Part shown: in pieces, positions 9,510 to 19,345 of the stretch
How the letters are laid out: each line of letters begins with the position of its first letter
Position numbering within the stretch: position 1 is the stretch's first letter
Assembly: GCA_046758365.1 (NCBI GenBank)
Contig: JBHIAC010000001.1
Span: 64,001-128,000 of the forward strand
Length of the DNA: 64,000 nt
Origin: a bacterium
GTDB lineage: Bacteria; Zhuqueibacterota; Zhuqueibacteria; Oceanimicrobiales; Oceanimicrobiaceae
Direction: 5' to 3'
Program-made: the position numbers and the translations under genes
The notes under the pieces: model-generated
Database searches by the model: none
What the model saw: the letters and a program-made list of their open reading frames with translations, nothing else
Told to the model about the DNA's origin: nothing

Positions 9510-10630
9510 GAATCGGCATTGAGATTGATTGGGCACACAAATTCGGCGGTATGCGAGCGGTTGCGATTAACCTGTTAAGAGAAATTATAAAAATCGATAA
9601 CAGGAATGAATATATTGTTTATACCAATACTAAATTCCCTAAACTTGCTCACAACAAGATTAAACAAACTGTCATACTTTCTCCACACCCTTTAATGCAT
9701 GTGATTTGGGACCAGTTCATTTTACCCCATATCATTTTCCCATGGAAGTTTTTACAGGATAAGATTGATATTGTGCTCTATTCAGGTACTATTTCATCTT
9801 TTTATAAGGTCAAAAGATCGGTATTGATGATTCATGATCTTACGATTTTTACAGTGCCGGAAAGTTATAATAAGATTCACAGAACTTACCAAAGGCTTTA
9901 TTACAAGTGGGCAGTATATAATGCTGATCACATAATAACTGTCTCGGAATCTTCAAGGAGAGATATTCTTCGTTTATTCAGGCTTCCTGAAGATAGAGTT
10001 ACTGCCATAGCTTTGGGAGTAGGGGAGGAATGCAGAGTAATTAACGATGAATCTCTTCTTGCACGCGTGCGCAATCATTACCGCCTTCCTGGTCATTTCA
10101 TTTTAAACGTAGGGACCATTCAGCCCCGGAAAAATCTAGTTCGGTTGGTGGAGTCTTTTGCACAACTCCGCAACGAATTACCCCACAAATTAGTGATTGT
10201 TGGCCGTCAGGCTTGGCGCGCCGAAGAACTTTTTTTTGCTATCTCAAAGCATAAACTCGAAGACCATGTTATCTTTCTCGGGATGGTACCCAATGAGGAC
10301 TTACCTGTGATTTATAACCTGGCCGATATATTTGTGTATCCTTCCCTATATGAAGGATTTGGTTTGCCTGTATTAGAAGCAATGTCCTGCGGCACACCCA
10401 CAATAACCTCAAATAATTCTTCTTTAGCAGAAGTAGCCGGGGATGCGGCCCTCTTAGTGGATCCAAAGGATGTTGAAAGTATTACTGAAGCACTGCGGGA
10501 GTTGGCTTTACACCCTAGCCATCTTAATGAGCTTCGGTGTAAAGGACTTTCGCGCGCGAAAATATTTTCTTGGGAACGTACGGCACGTGAGACCTTAAAT
10601 GTCTTTGAAAACTTTAGAACCAGCAATTAA
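9506..10630 (+). CDS. GT4 glycosyltransferase (MtfB-like)
   Basis: IHDL, GTIQPRKN, PSLYEGFGLPVLEAM. Confidence 0.9.
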   Translation: MRIGIEIDWAHKFGGMRAVAINLLREIIKIDNRNEYIVYTNTKFPKLAHNKIKQTVILSPHPLMHVIWDQFILPHIIFPWKFLQDKIDIVLYSGTISSFYKVKRSVLMIHDLTIFTVPESYNKIHRTYQRLYYKWAVYNADHIITVSESSRRDILRLFRLPEDRVTAIALGVGEECRVINDESLLARVRNHYRLPGHFILNVGTIQPRKNLVRLVESFAQLRNELPHKLVIVGRQAWRAEELFFAISKHKLEDHVIFLGMVPNEDLPVIYNLADIFVYPSLYEGFGLPVLEAMSCGTPTITSNNSSLAEVAGDAALLVDPKDVESITEALRELALHPSHLNELRCKGLSRAKIFSWERTARETLNVFENFRTSN

Positions 10631-10666
10631 AATTAATTAAAGCAAAAAAACAGTTTTCTAAATATA

Positions 10667-12565
10667 ATGCATTCAATTATTCTATATTTTCTTCCAGGAC
10701 TATTAATTGCTCTATCGCTTAAAAAGAAGATAAAAATCGATTTTTTGCAAACACTTGCTTTTTCAATTGTATTTTCAATCGGTAGCAATGGATTACTGTT
10801 TACACTATTAAGGATATTTCATTTATATACCTATAAGGTAATACAAATCTATTTAGTTTTTTTATTTCTAATTCTAATCATATTACTCTGGAAGAATAGA
10901 AATAATATTATTCTAAAAAATTTAGCGATTACTAAAATTAATGCCAAGCAATATCTTTTTATAATCTTAATTTTATTTACCCTAATTTCTTTATATTATT
11001 CAGTTTTCTTTCCACCTCGAGCTTATGATAGTTATTATTATCATCTCACCATTGCAAAAACTTCTGCCGAAGGAACATTTTCTAAGTATATTAATGAACA
11101 AAACGGCGTAATTTCTTGGCTGTTTAGAACCTTTCCACAAAATGTCGAGATGTTTTTATCACCGTTTTTTTTCTTTAAGTCAAATTTGTATACCTTGTTT
11201 CCTCCTATTACTGGTTTAGTATTTCTGCTTACGGTCTATAATTTAGGAAAAACGCTGAACCTTTCCGAGAAAACATCTACAATTGCCGTTTTTTTAGGGG
11301 CTGTTTCTCCTATCATTATGTACCAAAGTGGTGATTATTGGGCAGATTTGTTAGTCGGAATTTATTTATTAAGTTTTACGATTTTATTTATACACTACAT
11401 TAATAAAGAATCTTTATTAATACTTGTTGCTTCAGCTAGTTGTTTAGCATTTGCTGTTTTATCTAGATATCAAGCCTTGCACTATACGGTTTTTCTTTTT
11501 ACGGTTGGACTGTTAGTGATAATTTATGGATTCTTAAAAAATAAATCTCAGAGCCACATTTGGATTAGAAATTTTGCAAAAAACTATGGTTACGCACTGT
11601 TTGTTCTTATCCTTCTAATCATTATTCCATTACTGAGTAGAGATAATTTAAATGATGTTAGAGGTGGGTTTTATGGGAGAAAGCCCATGACTTTCGCTTG
11701 GTTTAAAAAAGCGAATTTAATTATTATTGAAAATATTTTTAAACCTGGCGAACATGGGTTGGTTTTCGTGGTGGTTGTGACCTCTTTGATATTTTTGATT
11801 ATTAGTCTAAGAAAAAAGGTAGATTGGAAAATTTATTTTATCCATTTTCTATCACTTAGCTGGTTAACTATGATATTAATTGGGGCTATTTTTGTCATTC
11901 GTCGCCAGGATTCATGTGCATTTTCTGGTCGATACATGCTTCCTGCCTATTCATTTATGCTAATTGGCAGTAGCATAATTATTGAAAAAACTATTCAGAA
12001 AATATCTTCTTTAAAAGGTAGAGGGTTATGGCGCAGAATCAACTTAATAACTTTGACTTGTGTAATCATTATTAGCATGTTTGTAGTTCTCAATCGTGAT
12101 ATAGCTTTAAAGGTAAAAAGGATTGGGCGTAGTTATATAATTGCTGTCGATGCAGTATTGCCGTTTTATTCGATTTTGAGGACCATGTTTAATAGGTATG
12201 GTTATATAACCTTTCATCCCTTTGAGTCTACTTCTACTAAATTGAGGTGGTTATATGGAAATAGTTACAGAGCCTGGGAATACATAAATTCGGTCGCCAG
12301 CGAAAGAGATAATATTTTAATAGATGAGCAGCAGTTTATGTTACTTAAACCTTTTTGCTATGATGCGAAATCACCAGGAAATTTGAAATCACTCCAAGAA
12401 ACGATAGAATGGATTAAAAGCAAGAATATTAGATATATTCTTAAATCCAAAAGCCCTAATTTTTTCGCAATTTATAATCCATTTATTATTGATTTTGTGA
12501 ATACCTCAATGGTTACATTGAAATACGAGAATAGCGAATGGTTTGTGTACGAAGTTAAAGGGTAA
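10667..12565 (+). CDS. Multi-TM GT-C-fold glycosyltransferase-like membrane protein
   Basis: More than 12 TM helices, YDSYYYH loop motif, RYMLP motif, soluble C-terminal tail. Confidence 0.6.
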   Translation: MHSIILYFLPGLLIALSLKKKIKIDFLQTLAFSIVFSIGSNGLLFTLLRIFHLYTYKVIQIYLVFLFLILIILLWKNRNNIILKNLAITKINAKQYLFIILILFTLISLYYSVFFPPRAYDSYYYHLTIAKTSAEGTFSKYINEQNGVISWLFRTFPQNVEMFLSPFFFFKSNLYTLFPPITGLVFLLTVYNLGKTLNLSEKTSTIAVFLGAVSPIIMYQSGDYWADLLVGIYLLSFTILFIHYINKESLLILVASASCLAFAVLSRYQALHYTVFLFTVGLLVIIYGFLKNKSQSHIWIRNFAKNYGYALFVLILLIIIPLLSRDNLNDVRGGFYGRKPMTFAWFKKANLIIIENIFKPGEHGLVFVVVVTSLIFLIISLRKKVDWKIYFIHFLSLSWLTMILIGAIFVIRRQDSCAFSGRYMLPAYSFMLIGSSIIIEKTIQKISSLKGRGLWRRINLITLTCVIIISMFVVLNRDIALKVKRIGRSYIIAVDAVLPFYSILRTMFNRYGYITFHPFESTSTKLRWLYGNSYRAWEYINSVASERDNILIDEQQFMLLKPFCYDAKSPGNLKSLQETIEWIKSKNIRYILKSKSPNFFAIYNPFIIDFVNTSMVTLKYENSEWFVYEVKG

Positions 12566-12607
12566 TATATAAAAGTACAATTTTTCTCTTGAAAAAAGTG
12601 AGCTGAA

Positions 12608-13645
12608 ATGAAAGATATGAATACACAAAAGCATAGAGTCAATTTGCATTCTGAAAATAAATTAAAAAACACAAATAACAAATCTCAAGTATTAACCGAG
12701 GTTGAATATTCGGTTGTGATACCAGTGTATAATTCAGAAGACACACTTCAAGAATTATACAACAGACTTGATGATGTCTTTAAATTAATCAACGGCAGTT
12801 ATGAAATTATATTCGTTGATGATTCAAGTGTGGATCATTCTTGGGAAGTTCTTAAGGGATTAGCTAAGAAACATCATGAAGTAAAAATAATCCAATTAAT
12901 GAGAAATTATGGTCAACATAATGCTCTGATGTGCGGTTTTAATTATGTAAGCGGAAGACATATTATCACCTTGGATGACGATTTGCAAAACCCACCAGAA
13001 GAAATTCCTAAATTAATAAATAAAATCGATGAAGGACTGGATGTTGTTTACGGGATATATGAAAGCAAAAAGCATAACTGGTTTAGAAACTTGGGGTCCA
13101 AACTCATTGGTCTATTTTACAGAAAAATTTACAAATTAGATAACAAAACTTCTGCTTTTAGAATTCTCAATAAAGAAATAATTGAATATTTAATAACCTA
13201 TGATAAAAACTTTACTTTTATCGATGGGCTAATTCCTTGGTATTCTAGTAAAATTGGTTTTGTTATTACAAAACATGACATGAGAAAAACAGGATCGTCT
13301 GGATATTCGTTTCTGAAACTTGTACATCTGGCTCTAAACATGTACACGAATTTCTCAATTCTACCATTAAGAGTTGCATCAATTTTGGGAGTGATTTTTT
13401 CAAGTATAGGGTTCTTTCTTGGATTTTACTTTATTATAAAGAAAGTAATTGGAGGCGTGGGAGTGAGTGGTTTTACTTCGCTGATTGTTTCGGTTACAAT
13501 ATTTTCCGGGGTTCAATTGCTTACTTTGGGTATTTTAGGGGAGTATATTGGAAGAATCGCCCTAAATATCAACAAATTGCCTCAATTCAAAATCAGGAAT
13601 TCGGAGGGATTTTTGAATAATCTTGAATCGAATTTTAATTATTAG
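12608..13645 (+). CDS. GT2 polyprenol-phosphate glycosyltransferase (ArnC-like)
   Basis: IPVYNS, DDSSVD, RNYGQHNA, LDDDLQNPP, LGEYIGRI. Confidence 0.9.
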   Translation: MKDMNTQKHRVNLHSENKLKNTNNKSQVLTEVEYSVVIPVYNSEDTLQELYNRLDDVFKLINGSYEIIFVDDSSVDHSWEVLKGLAKKHHEVKIIQLMRNYGQHNALMCGFNYVSGRHIITLDDDLQNPPEEIPKLINKIDEGLDVVYGIYESKKHNWFRNLGSKLIGLFYRKIYKLDNKTSAFRILNKEIIEYLITYDKNFTFIDGLIPWYSSKIGFVITKHDMRKTGSSGYSFLKLVHLALNMYTNFSILPLRVASILGVIFSSIGFFLGFYFIIKKVIGGVGVSGFTSLIVSVTIFSGVQLLTLGILGEYIGRIALNINKLPQFKIRNSEGFLNNLESNFNY

Positions 13646-13656
13646 GAAAAAGTTAA

Positions 13657-14391
13657 ATGAGAAAAGTTGCAATAATTCAATCAAGTTACATTCCATGGAA
13701 AGGGTACTTTGATATTATTAACGAGGTTGATATTTTTATATTTTTGGAAGATGTCCAATTTACGAAAAGAGATTGGAGAAGTCGAAATAAAATAAAAACT
13801 TCCAATGGAACTGAATGGATAACTATTCCGATTCTTGGAGGTAGGAATCAGATGCTCAGTGAGGCAAAAATTGATAATTCTCAAAATTGGCAAAAAAAGC
13901 ACTTAAATAAGCTGCAATTTAATTACGCTAAGTCAAATTTTTTTGATGAGTATTTTGATGACCTAAAGAGCCTTTACGAAATGGATTGGGAATATTTGTC
14001 AGACTTTAATATTGCTCTTACTAAATATATTTGTAATTTACTGAATATACGAGCTAAGTTATTAAAATCACAAGATATAGGTTCAGTTAGAACAAAGGAT
14101 GAGAAGCTGATTGATTTGGTTAAAAAAGTGGATGGCACTTGTTACATTTCAGGACCTGCTGCGAAAAGTTATATCGACCCCGATTTATTTTTTAACGCGG
14201 GAATAGAACTGAAATATAAAGATTATTCTGGATATCCGGAATATCCTCAATTACATCCACCATTTAATCATTACGTTACTATACTTGATTTGATTTTCAG
14301 CGTGGGCATGGATGCTGGTTATTACATTTGGGGCTGGAGGGAAGAGTTGAAAAGTAATATAAAAAAGTTAGAAACTGTGGTCGCAAACTGA
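13657..14391 (+). CDS. WbqC family protein
   Basis: QSSYIPWKGYFD, DVQF..RDWRSRNKI, YISGP, YPQL...TILDL. Confidence 0.9.
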   Translation: MRKVAIIQSSYIPWKGYFDIINEVDIFIFLEDVQFTKRDWRSRNKIKTSNGTEWITIPILGGRNQMLSEAKIDNSQNWQKKHLNKLQFNYAKSNFFDEYFDDLKSLYEMDWEYLSDFNIALTKYICNLLNIRAKLLKSQDIGSVRTKDEKLIDLVKKVDGTCYISGPAAKSYIDPDLFFNAGIELKYKDYSGYPEYPQLHPPFNHYVTILDLIFSVGMDAGYYIWGWREELKSNIKKLETVVAN

Positions 14392-14411
14392 TTTAAGGAC
14401 TATTTAAAATC

Positions 14412-15605
14412 ATGATCGTGCCATTTAATAAACCTTGCCTTACTGGTAAGGAATTGCATTATATTTCAGAGTCAGTCCTCTCAGGTCAAATATCTGGTGA
14501 TGGCATTTTTACCCAAAAATGCCAAAAACTCCTTGAAGAAACATTTGATTCCAAAAAGGTGTTTATGACCACGTCGTGTACAGATGCTCTTGAAATGGCT
14601 TCAATATTAATAAACCTGAATCCCGGTGATGAAGTCATCGTCCCTTCTTTTACTTTTGTTTCTACAGTAAATGCCTTTTACTTACGGGCGGCACGACCAG
14701 TTTTTGTGGATATCAGGAAAGATACCTTGAATTTAGACGAAGCTCTTATCGAAGAAAAAGTAACCGAGCGAACAAAAGCCATTTTCCCTGTCCATTATGC
14801 TGGGGTCGCATGTGAGATGGATGAGATAATGAAAATTGCGCATCGCTTCAATCTCTATGTAGTCGAGGATGCGGCTCATGGTATGAATGCTACTTACAAT
14901 GGCAAATACTTGGGTACCATCGGAGATTTCGGTGCGTTTAGTTTCCATGAAACAAAGAATTTCACATGTGGGGAAGGAGGCGCATTAATTATAAATGATG
15001 AAAAGTATATAGAAAGAGCTGAAATCGTAAGGGAAAAAGGAACTAATAGAAGTAAATTTTTCAGGGGAGAAGTTGATAAATATACATGGGTCGATATTGG
15101 TTCTTCTTTTTTGCCCTCTGATGTATTATCTGCATTCCTTTTTGCACAGCTAGAGTATATGGGTGAGATTACTGAGAAAAGGAAACGAATTTACAACCTA
15201 TACTATGATAGTCTGATAGATCTACAATATGAAGGCAAGCTAATTCTGCCATTCATACCTGAAAACTGCACGACAAGCTATCATATGTTTTACATTTTAT
15301 TACCTAATGAGAACGAACGAAATTCATTAATGGAATTTTTAAAGGGAAAAGGGGTTCATGCAATTTTTCATTATATCCCATTGCATTCATCTCCCATTGG
15401 AGAATCTTTGGGTTATAAAAATGGTGATTTGCCCGTGACCGAGGAAATAAGCCAACGTATTTTAAGACTGCCATTTTACAATAGTTTGACAGAGAAAGAG
15501 CAAATTCATGTAATTGAAAGTGTAAAGATTTTTTTTAAGGGTGCTAAAGGAACAGCCGAAAAGTCTAATAACGCTCGTGCGAGTATCCTCACCGGCCCCG
15601 ATTAA
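14412..15605 (+). CDS. rffA: dTDP-4-amino-4,6-dideoxyhexose transaminase (WecE/RffA-like)
   Basis: PFNKP, SCTDALEMA, FSFHETKN, GTNRSKFFRGEVDKYTWVDIGSS signature. Confidence 0.88.
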   Translation: MIVPFNKPCLTGKELHYISESVLSGQISGDGIFTQKCQKLLEETFDSKKVFMTTSCTDALEMASILINLNPGDEVIVPSFTFVSTVNAFYLRAARPVFVDIRKDTLNLDEALIEEKVTERTKAIFPVHYAGVACEMDEIMKIAHRFNLYVVEDAAHGMNATYNGKYLGTIGDFGAFSFHETKNFTCGEGGALIINDEKYIERAEIVREKGTNRSKFFRGEVDKYTWVDIGSSFLPSDVLSAFLFAQLEYMGEITEKRKRIYNLYYDSLIDLQYEGKLILPFIPENCTTSYHMFYILLPNENERNSLMEFLKGKGVHAIFHYIPLHSSPIGESLGYKNGDLPVTEEISQRILRLPFYNSLTEKEQIHVIESVKIFFKGAKGTAEKSNNARASILTGPD

Positions 15606-15674
15606 TTCAAGAGGAAAGTCGGGGTCAGCATTTAAACTCTTATTTTTTTGTCCGGCGAGGACGCTCGACAGAGC
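15573..15674. repeat. GC-rich imperfect 23-bp inverted repeat (REP-like) with inner hairpin
   Basis: GCTCGTGCGAGTATCCTCACCGG (15573-15595) vs CCGGCGAGGACGCTCGACAGAGC (15652-15674), 17/23 complementary; inner GCCCCGATT/AGTCGGGGT stem. Confidence 0.7.
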
Positions 15675-15796
15675 CCAGTAAGTAGTGTTCAGTCAGACCT
15701 CTATACGTTATTTGCATCGGCGACTAAAATTAAAGAAATTTTGTAAATAATTAGTAAATTGAGAGCAAGTTAGTCAGTATTAAATAAAAAATTATA

Positions 15797-17731
15797 ATGA
15801 ACAATAAAACTAATATCTTTAATCAAAATTATTTTTATCTATTTAGTATTTACTTTTTAATTTTAGTTTATACTATATCTTTTAGTTTACTTTCGATTTC
15901 GCGTTTTGAGAGTTTTAACTCAGGTATATATGATATGGGCATCATGGATCAAACGGTTTGGAATACCAGTCACGGGCGGTTATTAATTGAAAGTGTAAAT
16001 TTGGGATATCCGATTTCTAGGATTTGGTCAGCCCATTGGGAAATTATTTTTCTACCTTTGTCTTTGTTTTACCATGTATGGGCCTCGCCAAAATTTTTGT
16101 TGATATTACAGTCTTTAGTTGTTGCATTAGGGGCTATGCCTTTATATCGGCTAACAAAAGAGAAACTTGGAAATCACCTGGCCGTGATTATAATACCACT
16201 TGCTTATCTTTTATATCCGGCTTTACAAAACGCCAATTTATTTGATGTACATGGTGTGACTTTTGCGACTTCATTTCTAATTTTTACATTCTATTTTTTA
16301 AAACAGGGGAAAAAACTATTTCTTTGGGTATTCTTTGCCCTCTCACTTTTATGCAGAGAAGACAGTTCGCTTATACTATTTATGTTTGGACTTTACGCTA
16401 TCTTTCTGTTAAAAAATAGGCGTACTGGGGTTCTAATGGTGTTGATAAGTGTAAGTTGGTTTCTACTTTATTTCAATAAAGGCCAAGTGCGAGAATTATT
16501 GGGACTATCTGAGGTTGTTCGAACAATTGAAATACCCGGCCGTTGGGATCACTTGGGTGGCGGTGGACTCTTTGGAGTGGTAATATATATTTTGACTAAT
16601 CCCAAGGTAATATTTAATTTATTATTTACAGCGGAAAATCTAGAATATCTTATAAAACTCTTTGCCCCATTGGCCTTTATATGTTTGTTAGCACCTGATA
16701 TAATGATTCTTGCTGCTCCAATTTTTCTGATAAATTTACTGAGCTCATCCCCATTTACACACGGCATAGAACATCATTATAATGCTACGATAATTCCGAT
16801 TTTATTTATTGCAACGATTTATGGTATTAAGAGGCTAAGTGATTTTTGCAGCCGCATAAAGATGAAAATATCGTTTCTAGAAAGATTAAGATTTGTGAAC
16901 AGTACTTTTTTTAGTTTAATAGTTCTTCTTTTGTGTTTACTGGCTTTTATTTTTAAATCTAAGGCTTGGGCAGCTCGGAATTGGGTGAGAACTTCTCATC
17001 ATGATGTGATTGAAAATATAATAAAAAGTATACCACAACAAGCATCACTGGCTACGACCAACATGCTTGGCGCTCACGCGGCTCATCGAGAGGAACTTTA
17101 CATTTTACCAATGAATGTCGAAACGGCTGATTATATTCTATATGATTTCTATCGTTCGTTTGATTATTTAAAAGCCATGGAGACCTATGAGATGCCAAAA
17201 GTGAAGCCGATCAATAGGTATAGCCTGGCTCTACTGGCGGATACGAGTTTAGGTATCATACAATATGAAGAAGGAGTAGCCTTATTTAAACGGGGTGCAG
17301 ATTATTTGGCTGGAATTAGGCAGTTAGCTCTTGAAGAAGATTTGCAGGCCATACAAAATCAGAGTAAGATTTTACTTCCTGGGGGAATCGAATTATTAGG
17401 GTATACTAAAAGAAATAAAGTTGGTGTTTGGCGAGGTACAGTTCATTTAACAGTATATTGGCGGGCATCAAAGTCGCTCTTCCATGATTTGAAATTTACA
17501 TTAAAAATTGAAAACAAGGATTTCGAAAAAATTATTGAACATACACCAGTCTTTAGTGTTTTTCCAACCCATTATTGGAATGAAGGTGAAATTGTTCGCG
17601 ATGAAATCTACATTGAAATACCTAAAAGTAAACATGGGAATCAATTTTCGATGTACGGGGCAGTTAACACAATAGGTAATCATAAAAGTGCAGATGATTT
17701 CATCCACTTATTTGATTTTTATGTAGAATAA
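15797..17731 (+). CDS. DUF2079 family membrane protein (predicted GT-C fold) with C-terminal periplasmic domain
   Basis: YDMGIMDQTVWN, H..IIFLP, FDVHGV, CRED, HHYNA and terminal PTHYWNEGEIVRD motifs. Confidence 0.8.
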   Translation: MNNKTNIFNQNYFYLFSIYFLILVYTISFSLLSISRFESFNSGIYDMGIMDQTVWNTSHGRLLIESVNLGYPISRIWSAHWEIIFLPLSLFYHVWASPKFLLILQSLVVALGAMPLYRLTKEKLGNHLAVIIIPLAYLLYPALQNANLFDVHGVTFATSFLIFTFYFLKQGKKLFLWVFFALSLLCREDSSLILFMFGLYAIFLLKNRRTGVLMVLISVSWFLLYFNKGQVRELLGLSEVVRTIEIPGRWDHLGGGGLFGVVIYILTNPKVIFNLLFTAENLEYLIKLFAPLAFICLLAPDIMILAAPIFLINLLSSSPFTHGIEHHYNATIIPILFIATIYGIKRLSDFCSRIKMKISFLERLRFVNSTFFSLIVLLLCLLAFIFKSKAWAARNWVRTSHHDVIENIIKSIPQQASLATTNMLGAHAAHREELYILPMNVETADYILYDFYRSFDYLKAMETYEMPKVKPINRYSLALLADTSLGIIQYEEGVALFKRGADYLAGIRQLALEEDLQAIQNQSKILLPGGIELLGYTKRNKVGVWRGTVHLTVYWRASKSLFHDLKFTLKIENKDFEKIIEHTPVFSVFPTHYWNEGEIVRDEIYIEIPKSKHGNQFSMYGAVNTIGNHKSADDFIHLFDFYVE

Positions 17732-17834
17732 AAGCTGACCTTCTTATTTTGTGAAAATTATAATGATTATTAATGAGTTACGTAAAAATATTAAAATAGA
17801 TTTTTTAATAAAAATTAAAAGAAGGTCAGCTTTT
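17730..17834. mobile_element. MITE-like 105-bp element, copy 1 (perfect 16-bp TIR, central IHF-like site)
   Basis: AAAAGCTGACCTTCTT (17730-17745) and AAGAAGGTCAGCTTTT (17819-17834) are perfect inverse complements; homologous copy at 57350-57452. Confidence 0.7.
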
Positions 17835-17846
17835 TGCAGTTTAGTC

Positions 17847-19322
17847 ATGAATAATTTTCTATTAAAATTGATGCCAATTAAAAGAATGAGTGATCCGGGA
17901 GTCATCATACTTGTAGCTGTGTTTACAGTTTCGGCATTTATTCTTTTAACCCCATGGATATATGGCCACGGCGTGGGATATTATGCCTGGCTGCGAAGTT
18001 TGTTTTTTGATGGTAATCTGGATTGTACCAATGAGTTTCAACACTATATAGAAATCTTTCAAAAAGAATATGGCTGGCAAGGGGTAACCGATGATTTAAC
18101 GATTATCAGAACTGAAACAGGTTTACAAAGCAATAAATACCAGCTCGGATCGGCCATTTTATGGCTGCCATTTTTTCTTATTGGGCATCTAATAACCCTC
18201 CTGATTAATACTTTCGGAGGTAATTTAGCTGTAGACGGATATTCTAAATTTTATGTGTTAATGATCTCAATTGGATCAGCACTGTATGGTTTTATAGGAT
18301 TACTTTTAGCTTATTTTTTATCTCGAAAGTTTTTCTCTATTAAGATCTCTTTATTAGCTTCGATAGGTATTTGGTTCGCTTCCTCGACGGTATTTTATAT
18401 TTATTTGCATCCATCTCTGTCCCATGCCAATGAAATTTTTGTTGTTTCATTGTTTATATATTATTGGTATCAACATGCCATAAAAGGGAATAGTTTGAAT
18501 TGGGCAATCTTAGGTTTAATTGGTGGACTGATGCTGGCTGTGCGGATGGAAAATGTTGTTTTTTGTTTATTACCCTTCATTAGTTTAATGAAAAAATTAA
18601 AGGAAAACTTTACGGAGCAAAAAAGGGAAAAATATTCTCAGCTTTTATACAACGGGTTAATTTTTTTAGGTACATTGATTTTGGGATTTCTTCCCCAAAT
18701 GCTGGTTTGGAAAGCAGTTTATGGAAAATATATATTAAATAGCTACGGCGCTCACTTTGTTCTTGTTCATCCGGTACTTAGCAATGAAATAGGTGATGCT
18801 GGTACTGGTGATACGAGTTTCTTCAAATTTCTTACTCACCCTCATTTGTTCAATACCTTCTTCGGTTCAGACAAAGGTCTTTTTTTATGGACACCAATTA
18901 TTATCTTTTCTTTCATTGGTCTTGTTATTCTGTTTAAGAAAGAAAGAATTTTAATAGCTTCCTTATTTATTACCTTTTTTACTTTTGCATATATTGTAAG
19001 CTGTGCTGGAGGAGGGGGGGCTTCTTTTGGTGCCAGATATCTAGTACGTTGTTCTCTAATATTCATTTTGGGTTTAGCTGGATTTATGAGTTTCTTGTCA
19101 AATAAGTTGAAATCTATTTATTTATTTGGTTTTGTGTTGTTATTTATGATTTGGAATAATTTTTTTATTATCCAATATGCCACAGGGATGGTCAACCGCG
19201 CAGGTCCAGTAAATTGGACTAAAATGGTTAGAAATCAATTTACCAAAGTCCCACAATTTTTATTAACAAAAGGTACAGGATTTCTGACTGAAAGAAATAA
19301 ATCCTATAAAAATAATAACTGA
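17847..19322 (+). CDS. GT-C-fold membrane glycosyltransferase (PMT/GT39-like); start probably ATG 17847 or later, not GTG 17751
   Basis: G.GYYAWLRSLFFDGNLD loop, KGLFLWTP, SFGARY motifs, about 11 TM; the track's N-terminus lies inside the repeat element. Confidence 0.7.
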   Translation: MNNFLLKLMPIKRMSDPGVIILVAVFTVSAFILLTPWIYGHGVGYYAWLRSLFFDGNLDCTNEFQHYIEIFQKEYGWQGVTDDLTIIRTETGLQSNKYQLGSAILWLPFFLIGHLITLLINTFGGNLAVDGYSKFYVLMISIGSALYGFIGLLLAYFLSRKFFSIKISLLASIGIWFASSTVFYIYLHPSLSHANEIFVVSLFIYYWYQHAIKGNSLNWAILGLIGGLMLAVRMENVVFCLLPFISLMKKLKENFTEQKREKYSQLLYNGLIFLGTLILGFLPQMLVWKAVYGKYILNSYGAHFVLVHPVLSNEIGDAGTGDTSFFKFLTHPHLFNTFFGSDKGLFLWTPIIIFSFIGLVILFKKERILIASLFITFFTFAYIVSCAGGGGASFGARYLVRCSLIFILGLAGFMSFLSNKLKSIYLFGFVLLFMIWNNFFIIQYATGMVNRAGPVNWTKMVRNQFTKVPQFLLTKGTGFLTERNKSYKNNN

Positions 19323-19345
19323 TAACTACTTAATTAAGGTGTTCA

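Noticed and set aside
17751..17846. GTG start and basic N-terminus of the GT-C gene
   Set aside because: Lies within the 105-bp repeat element; probably an incidental open frame
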